A stretch of 64,000 nucleotides of DNA from a virus: positions 1-64,000 of IMG/VR virus record IMGVR_UViG_3300010396_000002. One strand, written 5' to 3'. Each line of letters opens with the position of its first letter. The first letter of the stretch is position 1. The translations under genes were made by a program, and so were the position numbers. The notes under the pieces were generated by a model. The model made no database searches. It was not told the DNA's origin and saw only the letters and a list, made by a program, of their open reading frames with translations. Below, one piece after another: positions 37,744 to 48,236 of the stretch.

Positions 37744-40700
37744 TCAGGAGCCTTCCTTGCCAGCGTCCATCGCCTTGTGGAGCTTGTAGAGCAGGCGCGA
37801 GACGCCGGCGACGAGAGACCAGTACGTGCCGTGCCAGCCGCAGTCAGCGGTCGATGGCGTCTCGACCACGTAGGCGAAGCCGGTCAGCTTGCCGGCCTTC
37901 GCCTCGGCGAGCAGCGTCTCCAGGCAGTTCACGATGCGCTGGTCGGGCGCGAGGCGGCGCTCCTCGAGCACCACCACCTCGCGCGGAGCCTCGTCGCCCA
38001 TCACCAGACCCCGTACGTCTCGTGCTCGTTCTCAACCGCTAGCAGGCGCACGAGGCCGTACCGCGCCGGCTTCGGCAGACCGAGGCCGTGCTTCCGATCG
38101 ATCGCGGCCTGGACGGGCGCGCGCTGGCCACAGGCAGGGCAGCGCTCTGCGACCGCCATAAACGCGTCGAGGTCGGAGGTCACCTCGCCGATGGCGCCGA
38201 CACCGCACGAGAAGGCCAGTTCGCCGGCGCGAAGCGACAGGAGGCGCGGCGAGAAGTGCGTCATGGCTTTGTCAGCCTCGCCGCAGCGGCCTCAGCCTCG
38301 TCGTACGGCGTCGGGCATCCCTCAGCGTATTCGGCCGAGAACGTGATGCGGCCGGTGATGTTGATGACCCCGGGCAGCTTGGACGCACGCCGCAGCATGC
38401 AGTTGGCGCAGAGCACACCGGCGTCGGCCGGATGGATCGCCAGCCACTGCGCCTTCGGGATGAGCAGCGACAGCGCCATCGCGGCGTCATAGTCCGTGCC
38501 GCAGTCGAGGCATCGGACCGAACCGCTCCCTTGGTCGACGGCGGATGCGCGCTCAGCCGCGCCCTGCCTGCGCTGCTCTTCGGCCAGGTCGAGGATCGTC
38601 TGCGGTTGCTTGACGTGGAGCTTGGCGGCCTTCTCCACGAGGTCGGCGGCGCTCCGCTCGAAGCGTGCCGCGGCCATGAGGTGATCGCGGGCCTTCTGGT
38701 TCATGTGATGACACCACCGGAGGTCTGCGCCGGAATCTGCACGATGACGCCGAAGACCTCGGCCAGCTTCTCCAGGTCGGCGCCCGTCGCCTTCAGCGGG
38801 TTGGCGGCATCCTCGGCGCGCTGAGCCGCACGACGCGCGCGTTCCATGTTGCGGCGCCAGCTAGGGCTGACCTTGTCCATGATCCGAAGCCGGAGCGCGC
38901 TAGAGAGCTCGCCGGGCAGGGCCACTACCCCGAAATAGGCGGCTCGCCGCTCCAGTTCGACGCGGACTGCCCACCGGCGCTGGCAGCGGTTGCGAGGCCT
39001 CCAGGACTCTCGGTCGTACCGCGGGCCCTTGCGGAAGGGACGCCCGCCCGGAATCCTCGTGCGCTTCTGGTGCGTCATGACGCCGCCCTCCCATGCGCGA
39101 GGCCGAGCTTGTACCAGTGAACGGCCTGGCTGTCGGCCTCGCCGGTGCAGTTCGAGCAGCGGTACCGCTTCCGGAGCACCTTCTCCGGGGTGATGTCGAC
39201 GAAGTCGTGACCCGAGCACCCGTCGAGCTTGGCGCCGTTCGCCTTCGTCTGCTCCCAGAGCGCGCGTGCCTCTTCGCGGGTCATCGGCATCGGTCGGGTC
39301 CTTGCGCGGGCGGGACGCTGACCTCGATCATGCACGATGCGAAGTCGACCTTGCTCGTCGCCCCGCGGCCCGGGAAGAAGCGCTCCACCTGCGCGGCGAG
39401 ACGCTGGGGAGTCATCAAGTGCGGGTCCACCGGCTGCATCCAGGGAGGCGGGTCGGCCGCCATGCCCTTCGGGTAGAGCGCCTTCAGCTCCGAGCGCAGG
39501 GCCTCGAGCTGGTAGACGTCGCCGAAGCGGCGCACGTGCTCCTCGGCGAACCGCGCGCGCTCCGCGGCGGTCGTCACGGCTCCCTCACCAGCCGCCCCAT
39601 TGGCGGAAGCGGCACACCGGCGGCTGCCATCGCATCCTCGTGCCGCGCGAGGTCGATGGCAGCGTCCCAGATCCCGTGCCGGTCGCGCGTCTCGACCTTG
39701 AGGATCAGGTAGTCCTCCAGAACACGGTGATGGCGCTGCATATCCTCGGCCGACGGAGTCGTCATGCTGCCCACCGTCGGCCGGCGGCGAGCCCGGCCTC
39801 GAACATGGCCACGAGGACGCGGAGGCTGGCTGCCGTCTCGTCGTCGCAGCGGTCCACGACCACGCACGCCCAATCGGTCGGCGCGTTCGTGCGCTTCGCC
39901 TCCTCGGCCGAGGCCAGGCGCACGTGGAGGTCGCGTGCCGCCTTCGACGCGGTGTCGAGCTGCACGACCAGTGAGATCATGTCCCGCCGGCCCTCGGGTG
40001 GGCGCGATGCGAGCCGGACCGGGCACGGTGTAGCGGCTTCAGCCGCCGTCGTCCTTGGCGTCATGCCCGGCAGCGTACCAGACCGAGCGCCGGCGGTCAG
40101 CGCGCAGCGCGGCTCTTGAACGCCGCGACGGTGGCGGCGAACAGGAAGGCCATCTCCGTGAGCTGCGGTTCCTTGCGCACGCCTTCGTCCCAGAGCTCGC
40201 GCCGCTGGACCTCGACGAGCTTCTGCTCCTCGGCCGAAAGCTTTGAGTCCGCCGGCCATGCCATCGGCACGTACGTATCCGGCATGGCTACTTGTCGTCG
40301 TCCTCGGGAGGCTTGCCCTTCAGCTCCTCGCCGACCCAGTCCTTGGCCCACGTGATCAGGAACTCGGCGAGGCACAGGAAGGCGTAGGCCATGCCGAGCA
40401 GGACCAGCACGCCGCGGCTGTGACGCTTCGGGGGCTTCGTCATCGGGTGACCAGGACCAGCGCGACAGCCGCGACGAACGCGACCACGATGGCGACGGTC
40501 CACCATGCAGCACGCACCCGCCGCTGACGGCCCTTCGCCTCGGCATCGAACCAGGCCACGTCGGTGTCGAACGCCTGGACGACGCGCGCCTGTACCGGCG
40601 GCACCTCCGGGAAGCCGGCAGGCTCGCCTCGATCGACCGTGCCCGGCTTCCGGTAGGTGTCCATCCAGCTACGCCTCGATCTCGGCCTGGTAGGCGAGCG

Positions 40701-42075
40701 CCGGCGCGCCGCAGGTGCAGTGCATGCACCCGTCGACCGGGTTGTGCTCGGCGATCGGGTGCTGGCAGCGGCCACATGCACCAGCGCCCACCGCGGCGAA
40801 CTGCTTCGCCGCCAGCGCTGCGCGGTCGATGACCTCGGGGGTCGTGGTGGTGGTGTTCATGGTGCTCCTCCGGCGGGTCCTCTTGCTGCGCCTCTTGCCC
40901 AGCGACCCGCCCACACCGGGCACCGTAACCGCTGTTTGGCGGCTTGTCGAGGCACTGTGTGACAGCGCTCGGGCGCGTGTGTGACAGCGGGGTCAGGTCG
41001 CCGGAGCGGTCGGGAGCTTGGGCGGAGACTACGTCAGGCCGGAACGCGGTACCAGAGCGAGAGCGCGGTGAGCGAGATGCACCTGCCCGCCCACCCATGA
41101 CGACAGTTCTGGAGGGTCGCCATGCCCGTCGCTTCGTTGAAGCTCCGGAGCTTGTAGCGGTGCCACGGAGCCGAGCAGCGTTCGGACTGGAACTGGACGT
41201 ACTCGGCGCCGACCTCGGGCAGCGTGTGCCCGACCTCCGGCGGGTAGTGGCAGGCCATCAGAAGACCTCGACGACCCGCGCGTCTCTGTTGCCCGGATCG
41301 TTCCGCAGCAACCACCCACTGGCGTCCTCGCGGGTCTCGAAGGCCTTCACGTCCTCGTAGCGGGGATCGACGCGAGCCGCTGACGCCCATCGCCAGAGGA
41401 GCCCACCACGGCTCTCCGTCAGCACGAAGTCACCGATGAAGGTGGACTCCTCGACGCGCCAGCGCGGGACAGGGGAGACGGTCAGCACTCGTCGCCCGTC
41501 TCGGTCAGGTAGAGGTGCACCAGTTCGAGCTTGTCGGTGGACATGCCGTCGAGACCCCAGCCCTTCCGCTTCGCCGCGGCCAGCGCCCGCTTCTGCTCGG
41601 CGACGGGGTAGCTCTGGATCTCCGCGATGAGGTCCGCCCGCCGCTTCATCTGCCAGAGCGCGGTCTCCACCTTGCTCTCCGCCGCCGAGAGCGCACGTGG
41701 GAGCTCGGTGTGAGGCACGCCGGGGAAGGCGTCCCAGATCCGTTGCTGGATCTCGGCCGCATCCATCTTGCGTCTTGCGTGCGTCGACGGGGATCCGCTT
41801 GGTCACCCCGTTGTGCGTGATCTCGATCCAGTCGTGCGCCGGGGTGAGGGCCGTCGGAACAACGATGCCCATCGTCAGTACCCCGCCACGATCCAGCCGA
41901 TGCTGACGAGCAGGATCGCGAGGCCGTAGAGAGCCAGCGCCAAGCTGGTGCGGCGGGTCGTGACCTGCACGTACCCCATCGGGCGCATGTAGACCTGACG
42001 GGAGCGCTTGATCATCTGGAAGAGCGCGACGAGCGCGATGAAGGCGGCGATGATGAGCAGGATCTTGGTAGCCAT
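37744..42075 (-). other. Run of about 15 small, mostly translationally coupled hypothetical genes
   Basis: ORFs 37744-38004, 38001-38264, 38261-38704, 38701-39078, 39075-39284, 39281-39577, 39574-39765, 39762-40064, 40097-40285, 40288-40443, 40440-40664, 40669-40860, 41034-41258, 41482-41766, 41875-42075; many ATGA/GTGA overlaps. Confidence 0.55.
40924..40987 (-). promoter_or_regulatory. Leftward promoter with two upstream operator-like boxes
   Basis: Boxes 40955-40965 and 40977-40987; TCGACA-N17-TACGGT on minus strand. Confidence 0.65.
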
Positions 42076-42125
42076 GGGTCCTCCACGCGGCACACGGCCG
42101 CGGCTGTCGTCCAGCGCCGATGGTA

Positions 42126-42734
42126 TCAGAGCCCGACAGCGGCGGTCTTCTGGATGTCGCCATAGAGCGAGCGCGCGGCCGCTCGGACGGTGAGCAGATC
42201 GCAGACCCCGCCGGCGAAGGCGGCAAGCTGTTCCGACGGCGGCAAGGCCGCGCAGACCTGGCGGCTGTGCCGGATCCTGCTGAGCGCTACCCTAGCCTGC
42301 GCGCGCCGGTCGCCGCGAAGGTGGCGCGCCCTCTTGAGCTGCCAGAGCCCCTCGGACGTCTGCTGCCGGCCATCCCAGTCGCACCAATGGTCGCCCGGGG
42401 CCTGGTAGCAAGCGCCGAGGTCCACGTCCCTCCGCAGCCCGCTCTCGTGCCTCGCGACGCCCACCATGTCCCTGGCATAGAGCTGGGCCTGCCAGGCGTT
42501 CCCCTTCGCCGCCTCGGTTGCCACGGCCGCAACGTCGGCCGCGATGCTCTGGTAGCGGGCCAGCGCCTGCTCCGGCGTCTCCTCGAACCCGGGGATCTGC
42601 CGGTGCTTCTCGGGCGGCGAGAGCCTGAGCATCGCGACGAGCACCCGCTGCTCGAGGGTGGGTTCGTCGGCGGTCAGGTGAGCCGGCGAGAGCAGGACCA
42701 GGAGCGCGAAGAGGGTCAGGAAGATGGTTCGCAT
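42126..42734 (-). CDS. Secreted lytic transglycosylase/lysozyme-like protein
   Basis: Signal peptide; VARHESGL (catalytic Glu) and GLWQL motifs. Confidence 0.65.
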   Translation of the reverse strand: MRTIFLTLFALLVLLSPAHLTADEPTLEQRVLVAMLRLSPPEKHRQIPGFEETPEQALARYQSIAADVAAVATEAAKGNAWQAQLYARDMVGVARHESGLRRDVDLGACYQAPGDHWCDWDGRQQTSEGLWQLKRARHLRGDRRAQARVALSRIRHSRQVCAALPPSEQLAAFAGGVCDLLTVRAAARSLYGDIQKTAAVGL

Positions 42735-42772
42735 GGCCACGCTCTTAGCACGATCCGTAGAGCCTGGAGCTA

Positions 42773-42817
42773 CTGTCACACAGTCGGCTTGCCCACGACG
42801 GCTCACTGTGTGACACT
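42773..42817 (+). promoter_or_regulatory. Promoter flanked by two operator-like boxes at a divergent junction
   Basis: Boxes 42773-42783 and 42806-42816; TTGCCC-N17-GACACT; same layout as 20118-20161. Confidence 0.7.
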
Positions 42818-42864
42818 CGGACCTGGACGACAGCCAGCGCCGCCGCGCGCTGTGAGGAGGACCC

Positions 42865-43158
42865 ATGCCCGATCGAAGAGAAGAACCGCTGCCCACCTGG
42901 GCAACGCGCGTCATTAGCCGCACGGAACGCCACAGCACTGGCGTGAGCTACGCCGTCCTCGTCGAAGACGACGACGCCACGGACGCGCACGGCATCGGTC
43001 TCGGCGAGGGCCGCCGCTTGGCCATCTGGACCACCGAGGTGTTCTTCGGCGCGACCGACTCGCACTGCTCCGGCGGGGTCGCGTTCGTCATGGCGGCACG
43101 CGAGCAGGACCGCATCGCGACCGAGACCTGGGCCCGCCTCTCACGCGGGGAGGGCTGA
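42865..43158 (+). CDS. Hypothetical protein
   Basis: GAGGAGG RBS. Confidence 0.55.
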   Translation: MPDRREEPLPTWATRVISRTERHSTGVSYAVLVEDDDATDAHGIGLGEGRRLAIWTTEVFFGATDSHCSGGVAFVMAAREQDRIATETWARLSRGEG

Positions 43159-43162
43159 GCCG

Positions 43163-43534
43163 GTGCCCCGCGAGATCATCGGCTACGTCGTCAAGGTCGG
43201 CGACGAGTACGCCGACAACGACGGCTGGACCACGTACAACAAGACCAGGCGCTTCCAGACGACCGACAAGACAGCGGCCGACAGGCTCCGGCAGAGAGCA
43301 GCAGACAAGCGCGCGTTGGGCGCGGCGAACGTGGCCCGGGTCGTGCTCGTCGTGCGCCATCCGCGCGTCGAGTACGCAACCACGCACGCCGAGTACCGTT
43401 GGGACAGGGAGGACAAGTCGTACGACGCCCCCGACCCGGTGCCGCCGGAGGGCGATGGCTGGGAACTCAAAGCAATGGCCATGGACGGAGGGCTCGTGCT
43501 CTTCGCCTGGTCCAGGACCGTGAAAGGGAAGTGA
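43163..43534 (+). CDS. Hypothetical protein
   Basis: GGAGG RBS; PVPPEGDGWEL. Confidence 0.55.
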   Translation: MPREIIGYVVKVGDEYADNDGWTTYNKTRRFQTTDKTAADRLRQRAADKRALGAANVARVVLVVRHPRVEYATTHAEYRWDREDKSYDAPDPVPPEGDGWELKAMAMDGGLVLFAWSRTVKGK

Positions 43535-43536
43535 TC

Positions 43537-44490
43537 ATGGGACGCTCTGCAACGGACCGCATGCGAGACGGAGGCGTAGAGGCGAAGAAGGGTTCTGTCG
43601 TCCTCGTGCCGATCGACGACATCTGGGCGCCGCCTGTCGGGCACCCGCTCTGGCACCCGCGGGCTGCTGACCCGATCGACGAAGAGCTCGCCGCCGACAT
43701 CACGAAGCACGCCGAGGTGAAGAAGCCGATCGTCGTCCGCGACGATGGCGAGGTGAAGGGCAAGCGGCGCCTGACCCTGCTCGACGGGGCGAGGCGCACG
43801 ACCAACGGCAAGGAGGCCCAGCGCAGGCTCCGAGCCTCCGGCGCCCTGAAGAAGTCCACGGACAACCCCAAGGCGCTCTTCTACGTGCAGGTGGAGTTCT
43901 TCAAGGGGAGCGACGCGGAGTTCCTCCTCGAGCGCCTCCGCAGGAACAAGGAGGACCCGCTGAAGAAGGCCGACCGCGCCTCCGTCCTGGCGGCGACGGT
44001 GAAGCAGCTCAGCGCGCCCGGGATCGCAGCCCCGCTCGACGCCATCGTGGATGCGATGCCCAAGGGCGTCGGCAAGCGCGAGGTCGAGTCCCTGATGGAC
44101 TGGGACAACCTCGTCGCGCGCTGCAAGGAGCGCTTCGATGCCGGGGCCCCGCTGGTGTACCTCCGCAACGTGCTCGACGCGGCTCGGGACGAGCAGGAGC
44201 GCACCCTCTCCGTGCTGGAGGAGTCCGGCGCGAAGACCGCGGCCACCGCGACCAGGGCCCTGCGGAAGACGGCGCCGGCGACGACGGCCCCGGCCTACAA
44301 GATGCGCCCCAGCAAGCAGGTCGTCGCGTTCCGCGAGAAGCTGGAGGAGCACACGGCGACCTACGGCGACGCCAAGGTCAGCGCGGTCCGGTTCATCGCG
44401 TTCCTGCATGGCGACGACACCGCGCTCGACGCCTACCCTTCGGTGAAGCAGGCGGCCATCGACGCTGGCCTCGTGAAGGCGGAGGAGTAG
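43537..44490 (+). CDS. ParB-like protein
   Basis: VPIDDI...ELAADI...KPIVVR...LLDGARR ParB-N motif followed by helical region. Confidence 0.7.
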   Translation: MGRSATDRMRDGGVEAKKGSVVLVPIDDIWAPPVGHPLWHPRAADPIDEELAADITKHAEVKKPIVVRDDGEVKGKRRLTLLDGARRTTNGKEAQRRLRASGALKKSTDNPKALFYVQVEFFKGSDAEFLLERLRRNKEDPLKKADRASVLAATVKQLSAPGIAAPLDAIVDAMPKGVGKREVESLMDWDNLVARCKERFDAGAPLVYLRNVLDAARDEQERTLSVLEESGAKTAATATRALRKTAPATTAPAYKMRPSKQVVAFREKLEEHTATYGDAKVSAVRFIAFLHGDDTALDAYPSVKQAAIDAGLVKAEE

Positions 44491-44493
44491 ACC

Positions 44494-47455
44494 ATGGCCA
44501 CGCTCATGCTCATCTGGCTCATCCTCAAGATGGTGCTCGCGGTCCTCGCGACGCTGTCCTTCGTGACCCTCTGCATCGTCGCCAAGCAGAGCCTGCTCTC
44601 CATCGGGCGGCTCGCCGACTCCATCCGGGTCAACGTGCTGCCTGCTGGCAACGTCTCGTCCAAGCTCTGGGACGCCTTGCTCGAGTGCCTCCGGAGGCAC
44701 GGATGAGCGAAAAGACCTGCCAGGTACACAGCGGAAAGGACGTCCCATGTGGAGCACCGGCAACGCACTACACCGAGCTGCCAGCAACGGGCCCCTGGTT
44801 CGCGTGCGCTGACTGCGCCGAGAAGACGCCGCTGACGTGGACGGGGCTGCGAGGCCTCTCGTGGCGCCCGCTCAGCGAGCTGGTGGTGTTCGTGCCGGAG
44901 CAGCCCTACCCGCTGACCCTCTGCGTGCCGATGCCTGATGCTGAGCGCTGCGAGAAGTGCGGTGGGCAGCAGTTCGTCAAGCTCGAGGTGACGCGCTCGG
45001 ACTGGCGCGCCGACTCGGACTACCAGCACGCCGCGATGTGCCCGACCCTGTTCTGCCCGCACAACAAGCGCTTGGGGGCGGAGACGTGCGAAGCGTGCCG
45101 CGCCGAGGACGACCGTTGGCGGAACTCCGGCAGCGCGCTCCGCGCGCTCTGCGGCGACCTCGCCTATGCGCTCGACGAGGCGGGCACGCACTACCCCACC
45201 GACCGGCTCCGGATGGCGGAGGAGCGCGGCTACGACCGGGACGACTGCCTTGCCGAGCTTCGCGAGGTGAACGGCGGCTGGCCCGAGGCGCTTTACGCGA
45301 TCCCCACCGACCTCGGGCGCCGTGTCCGCAGAGCGCTCGGCATCCCGGGGCCGCTGGCGTTCCTCGCCGTCGGGCAGGAGCGGTTCGAGGACGTGCTCGC
45401 CAACGCCCACGCGTTCAACTTCCGCGGTGTCGCCAGGGAGTTCAAGGACGCCACCCTGGAGGGCCCGGCAGCGGTCCTGAAGCTGCTCCACAGCCTCGCC
45501 GAGGATCGCCGCTTCATCTGCGGTTCTTCGTGGGGTGAGCGGAGGGCCGAAGCCCGCCTCGGCATCGCCTGGCGGGCGTACCGAGCCTGGCGCAGAGAGC
45601 AGGTGCAGCCGTGAACGACGCGACCACGGTCATCGTAGACGGCGCAACCTGGTGTGCGTGGCTCGACACGGGGCCGGAGGGCATGCCGCGCGTGAACGTG
45701 ACGAAGGATGGCGTGCCCGTCTATGTGAGGTGGGATCGATCTACGCTACATGGGCGCCAGTCGCAGCCGATCCCGTCGGAGTTGACGGAAGCGTTCCGCG
45801 AAGCGCTGAACGGTGGCCGATCATGATCGGCCCCATCCCGCACCCCGAGAGGTCAGCCGCGCCCGCGGTCGCCGTCGTCAGCCCCTCCGCGCTCGCGCCG
45901 CCCAAGCCTCTCGTCGATGACGGCTGGCGCATCTTCGCCGACGAGATCCGTCAGTTCGACGCCGACGGGGACGAGATCCCCGACTGGGACGACGCCTTCC
46001 CGATCTACGGCGAGATCGATCCGCACCTGTTGCCGGTCGGCTGCAACGCCTACATCACGACGGGGAAGAAGAACCCCACATCACGCCAGTACGTCTGGCT
46101 CCGGATCGACTGCATCGGCGACGGGCCCGAGGATGTCGGCGAGCGCTGGATCGGTCGACGCGACGACTACCACGACGAAGAACTCCGCGAGAGCGGCTGG
46201 ACGCACATCCTCGACCTCGCTTGGGATCAGGACTGGGACGCTTGGATGCTCCGCGAAGGCATCGCGCCGGGCCAGGAGTTCCTCGTCGACATCGAGGCGA
46301 CGTACACCAAGTCGTGGACGGACTACGGTTACGAGTACGACGTCGAGTTCGCCGTCGAGATCGTCGCCAGGGCCCCGCGCTCGCCGGCTGAGGTCGTGGC
46401 GCAGTGGGTCGGCGCGCTGCCGGAGGTCGTACGGCTATGAGCGTCCCGGCGTCGTTTCGCTGCTCGATCTGCAAAGAGTGGGCGGAGATGAAAGACTTCA
46501 CCGACGGGAAGTCGTTCTGCGAGAGGTGCTGGCTGAAAGAGAGGATCACGCCGATCCTAGACCCGCGCTGCAAGGATGAGGTGCGCTGGCTCCTCGAGCG
46601 CATGCTGCCCCACTACCTCGTTCCAGTGCCTCGTGAGTCGTTGCTTCTGTTCTCATTGCGCCGCATGCCCATCGGCTACGAAAAGGCACCAGAGGCCATC
46701 CGCTGCGATGCACGGCTCTACCGCTGCCCAGCGATCGAGTGGGCAGGCAGCGTCGCCTGCACAGACTGGGACGTGCCCAGGCTCGAGGAGCAGCTCCGGT
46801 TCGCCGGCATCGCGATCCTGTTCGTCGAGGTGCTGGCGGAGCTACACGGGCGCGGCAGGGGCAACGCGCTCGCCCGGCTCGTCGACGCCGTCGCGGACCA
46901 CAAGGAGGCGTGACCATGAAGATCGACCACCATCGAGGACTTGACCTCATCTCGATCGTCGACTTCGACAAGCTTCTGCGCTTCTCCGAGGCCGAGAGCA
47001 AGCGCGCGCTCGAGCAGGTGGAGCAAGCCTACGGCAGAGACGTGCGGGAGCGCGTAGAGCGCGAGTGCATCACCATGGCGCTCAGCCGCCCGCGCCGTTC
47101 GGGCTGGATCACCGGGCTTCATCGGTGGCAGGACATCGCCGCGGAACGCTTCAAGGCGGCCCTGTGCGCCGGCGACCCCGAGGCCAACGCCATCGCCGCG
47201 CTGATGATCTTCGTCTGGCGCCTGCCGCCGACGCACGGTCGAGACTTCCGGCCGTCGTGCCGAGCCGTGAAGGCCGAGAAGTACATCGGCCACGGTGGTC
47301 GTGAGATGGTCGAGATGACGCTCGACTGCGGGCACCCGATCAGGCCCAAGGGCGTGCTCGGCCGCTGGAGCAATCGCTCCTGGCACCAGGGGCGTCTCCT
47401 CCGCTGCTTGGCCTGCCATGCGCGGAGCCTACCGCCCGTCCTGGTCGGGCTATGA
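44494..47455 (+). other. Operon of six hypothetical genes
   Basis: ORFs 44494-44706, 44703-45614, 45611-45826, 45823-46440, 46437-46913, 46916-47455, mostly overlapping start/stop. Confidence 0.55.
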
Positions 47456-47807
47456 AGCGGCCCCCGGTGCCGGAAGGCGGCTGGCAGAACTGCCGCTGCC
47501 CGTCATGCCTGTGCGTGCTGCGCGGCGTACCGATCCCGCCCGGAGTGACCTGCCCGGCACCATCGCTCGCCGAGCTAGAACCGTTCCCCGCCCTTGGCGC
47601 TCTCGCCATCATGATGCGAGGCCCCGAGCGCGGCCCCTGACGGCTCCGGCCTCGCGAGCATCTCGGCGAGCTCGTCCTGGGTGAAGATCATCGGGAGCGC
47701 GCACTGTCCAGGGGGCGGCTCCGGGATCGGCGGGCGCGTGAAGGCCAGGAACCAGGCACAGTACGAGCAGACGTCGGGACCGTTCGGGTCGCGTGGGCAG
47801 ACGAGCT

Positions 47808-48155
47808 TCACCGCGACACCTGCGCCAAGGACGTTGGAGCATGCACCGTCCAGTGCAACCAGGCCTGCATGCACGCTCGCCAGTAGTTGACGTCCCGGAC
47901 CATCATCGTCCTGTTCTGGGCTGCCAGGATCTGCTCTTGATCTGCGGCTCGCTCGTGCACGAGGTGTTCGACCGGCCATGGCGCCTTGAAGAAAGGGAGG
48001 GCCTTCCGGAGGGCGACCCTCGCGTCATGCACCTCGGGCGGTGGCCAGAGGCATCTGTCGGCGTCCTTCGCTGTCAGCAGCGTCAGGAGAGCGTCCAGGG
48101 CCAGATGGATGGCGCGGGCGGCTTCCTGCGGGTTGGTCGGGTTGGTGTCGTCCAT
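47808..48155 (-). CDS. Hypothetical protein (MDDTN start)
   Basis: Open frame; shares 21 bp at its start with 54342-54674. Confidence 0.55.
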   Translation of the reverse strand: MDDTNPTNPQEAARAIHLALDALLTLLTAKDADRCLWPPPEVHDARVALRKALPFFKAPWPVEHLVHERAADQEQILAAQNRTMMVRDVNYWRACMQAWLHWTVHAPTSLAQVSR

Positions 48156-48170
48156 GCCCGGTCCGATGCG

Positions 48171-48236
48171 CTGTCACACACCCTGGTCGCGCACTGTGTG
48201 ACAACTTGCGGATCCCCCTGCTGCACTGTATGACAG
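48171..48236. promoter_or_regulatory. Three operator-like boxes at divergent junction
   Basis: 48171-48181, 48194-48204, 48226-48236; the last contains an in-frame ATG of the RHH gene. Confidence 0.75.
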
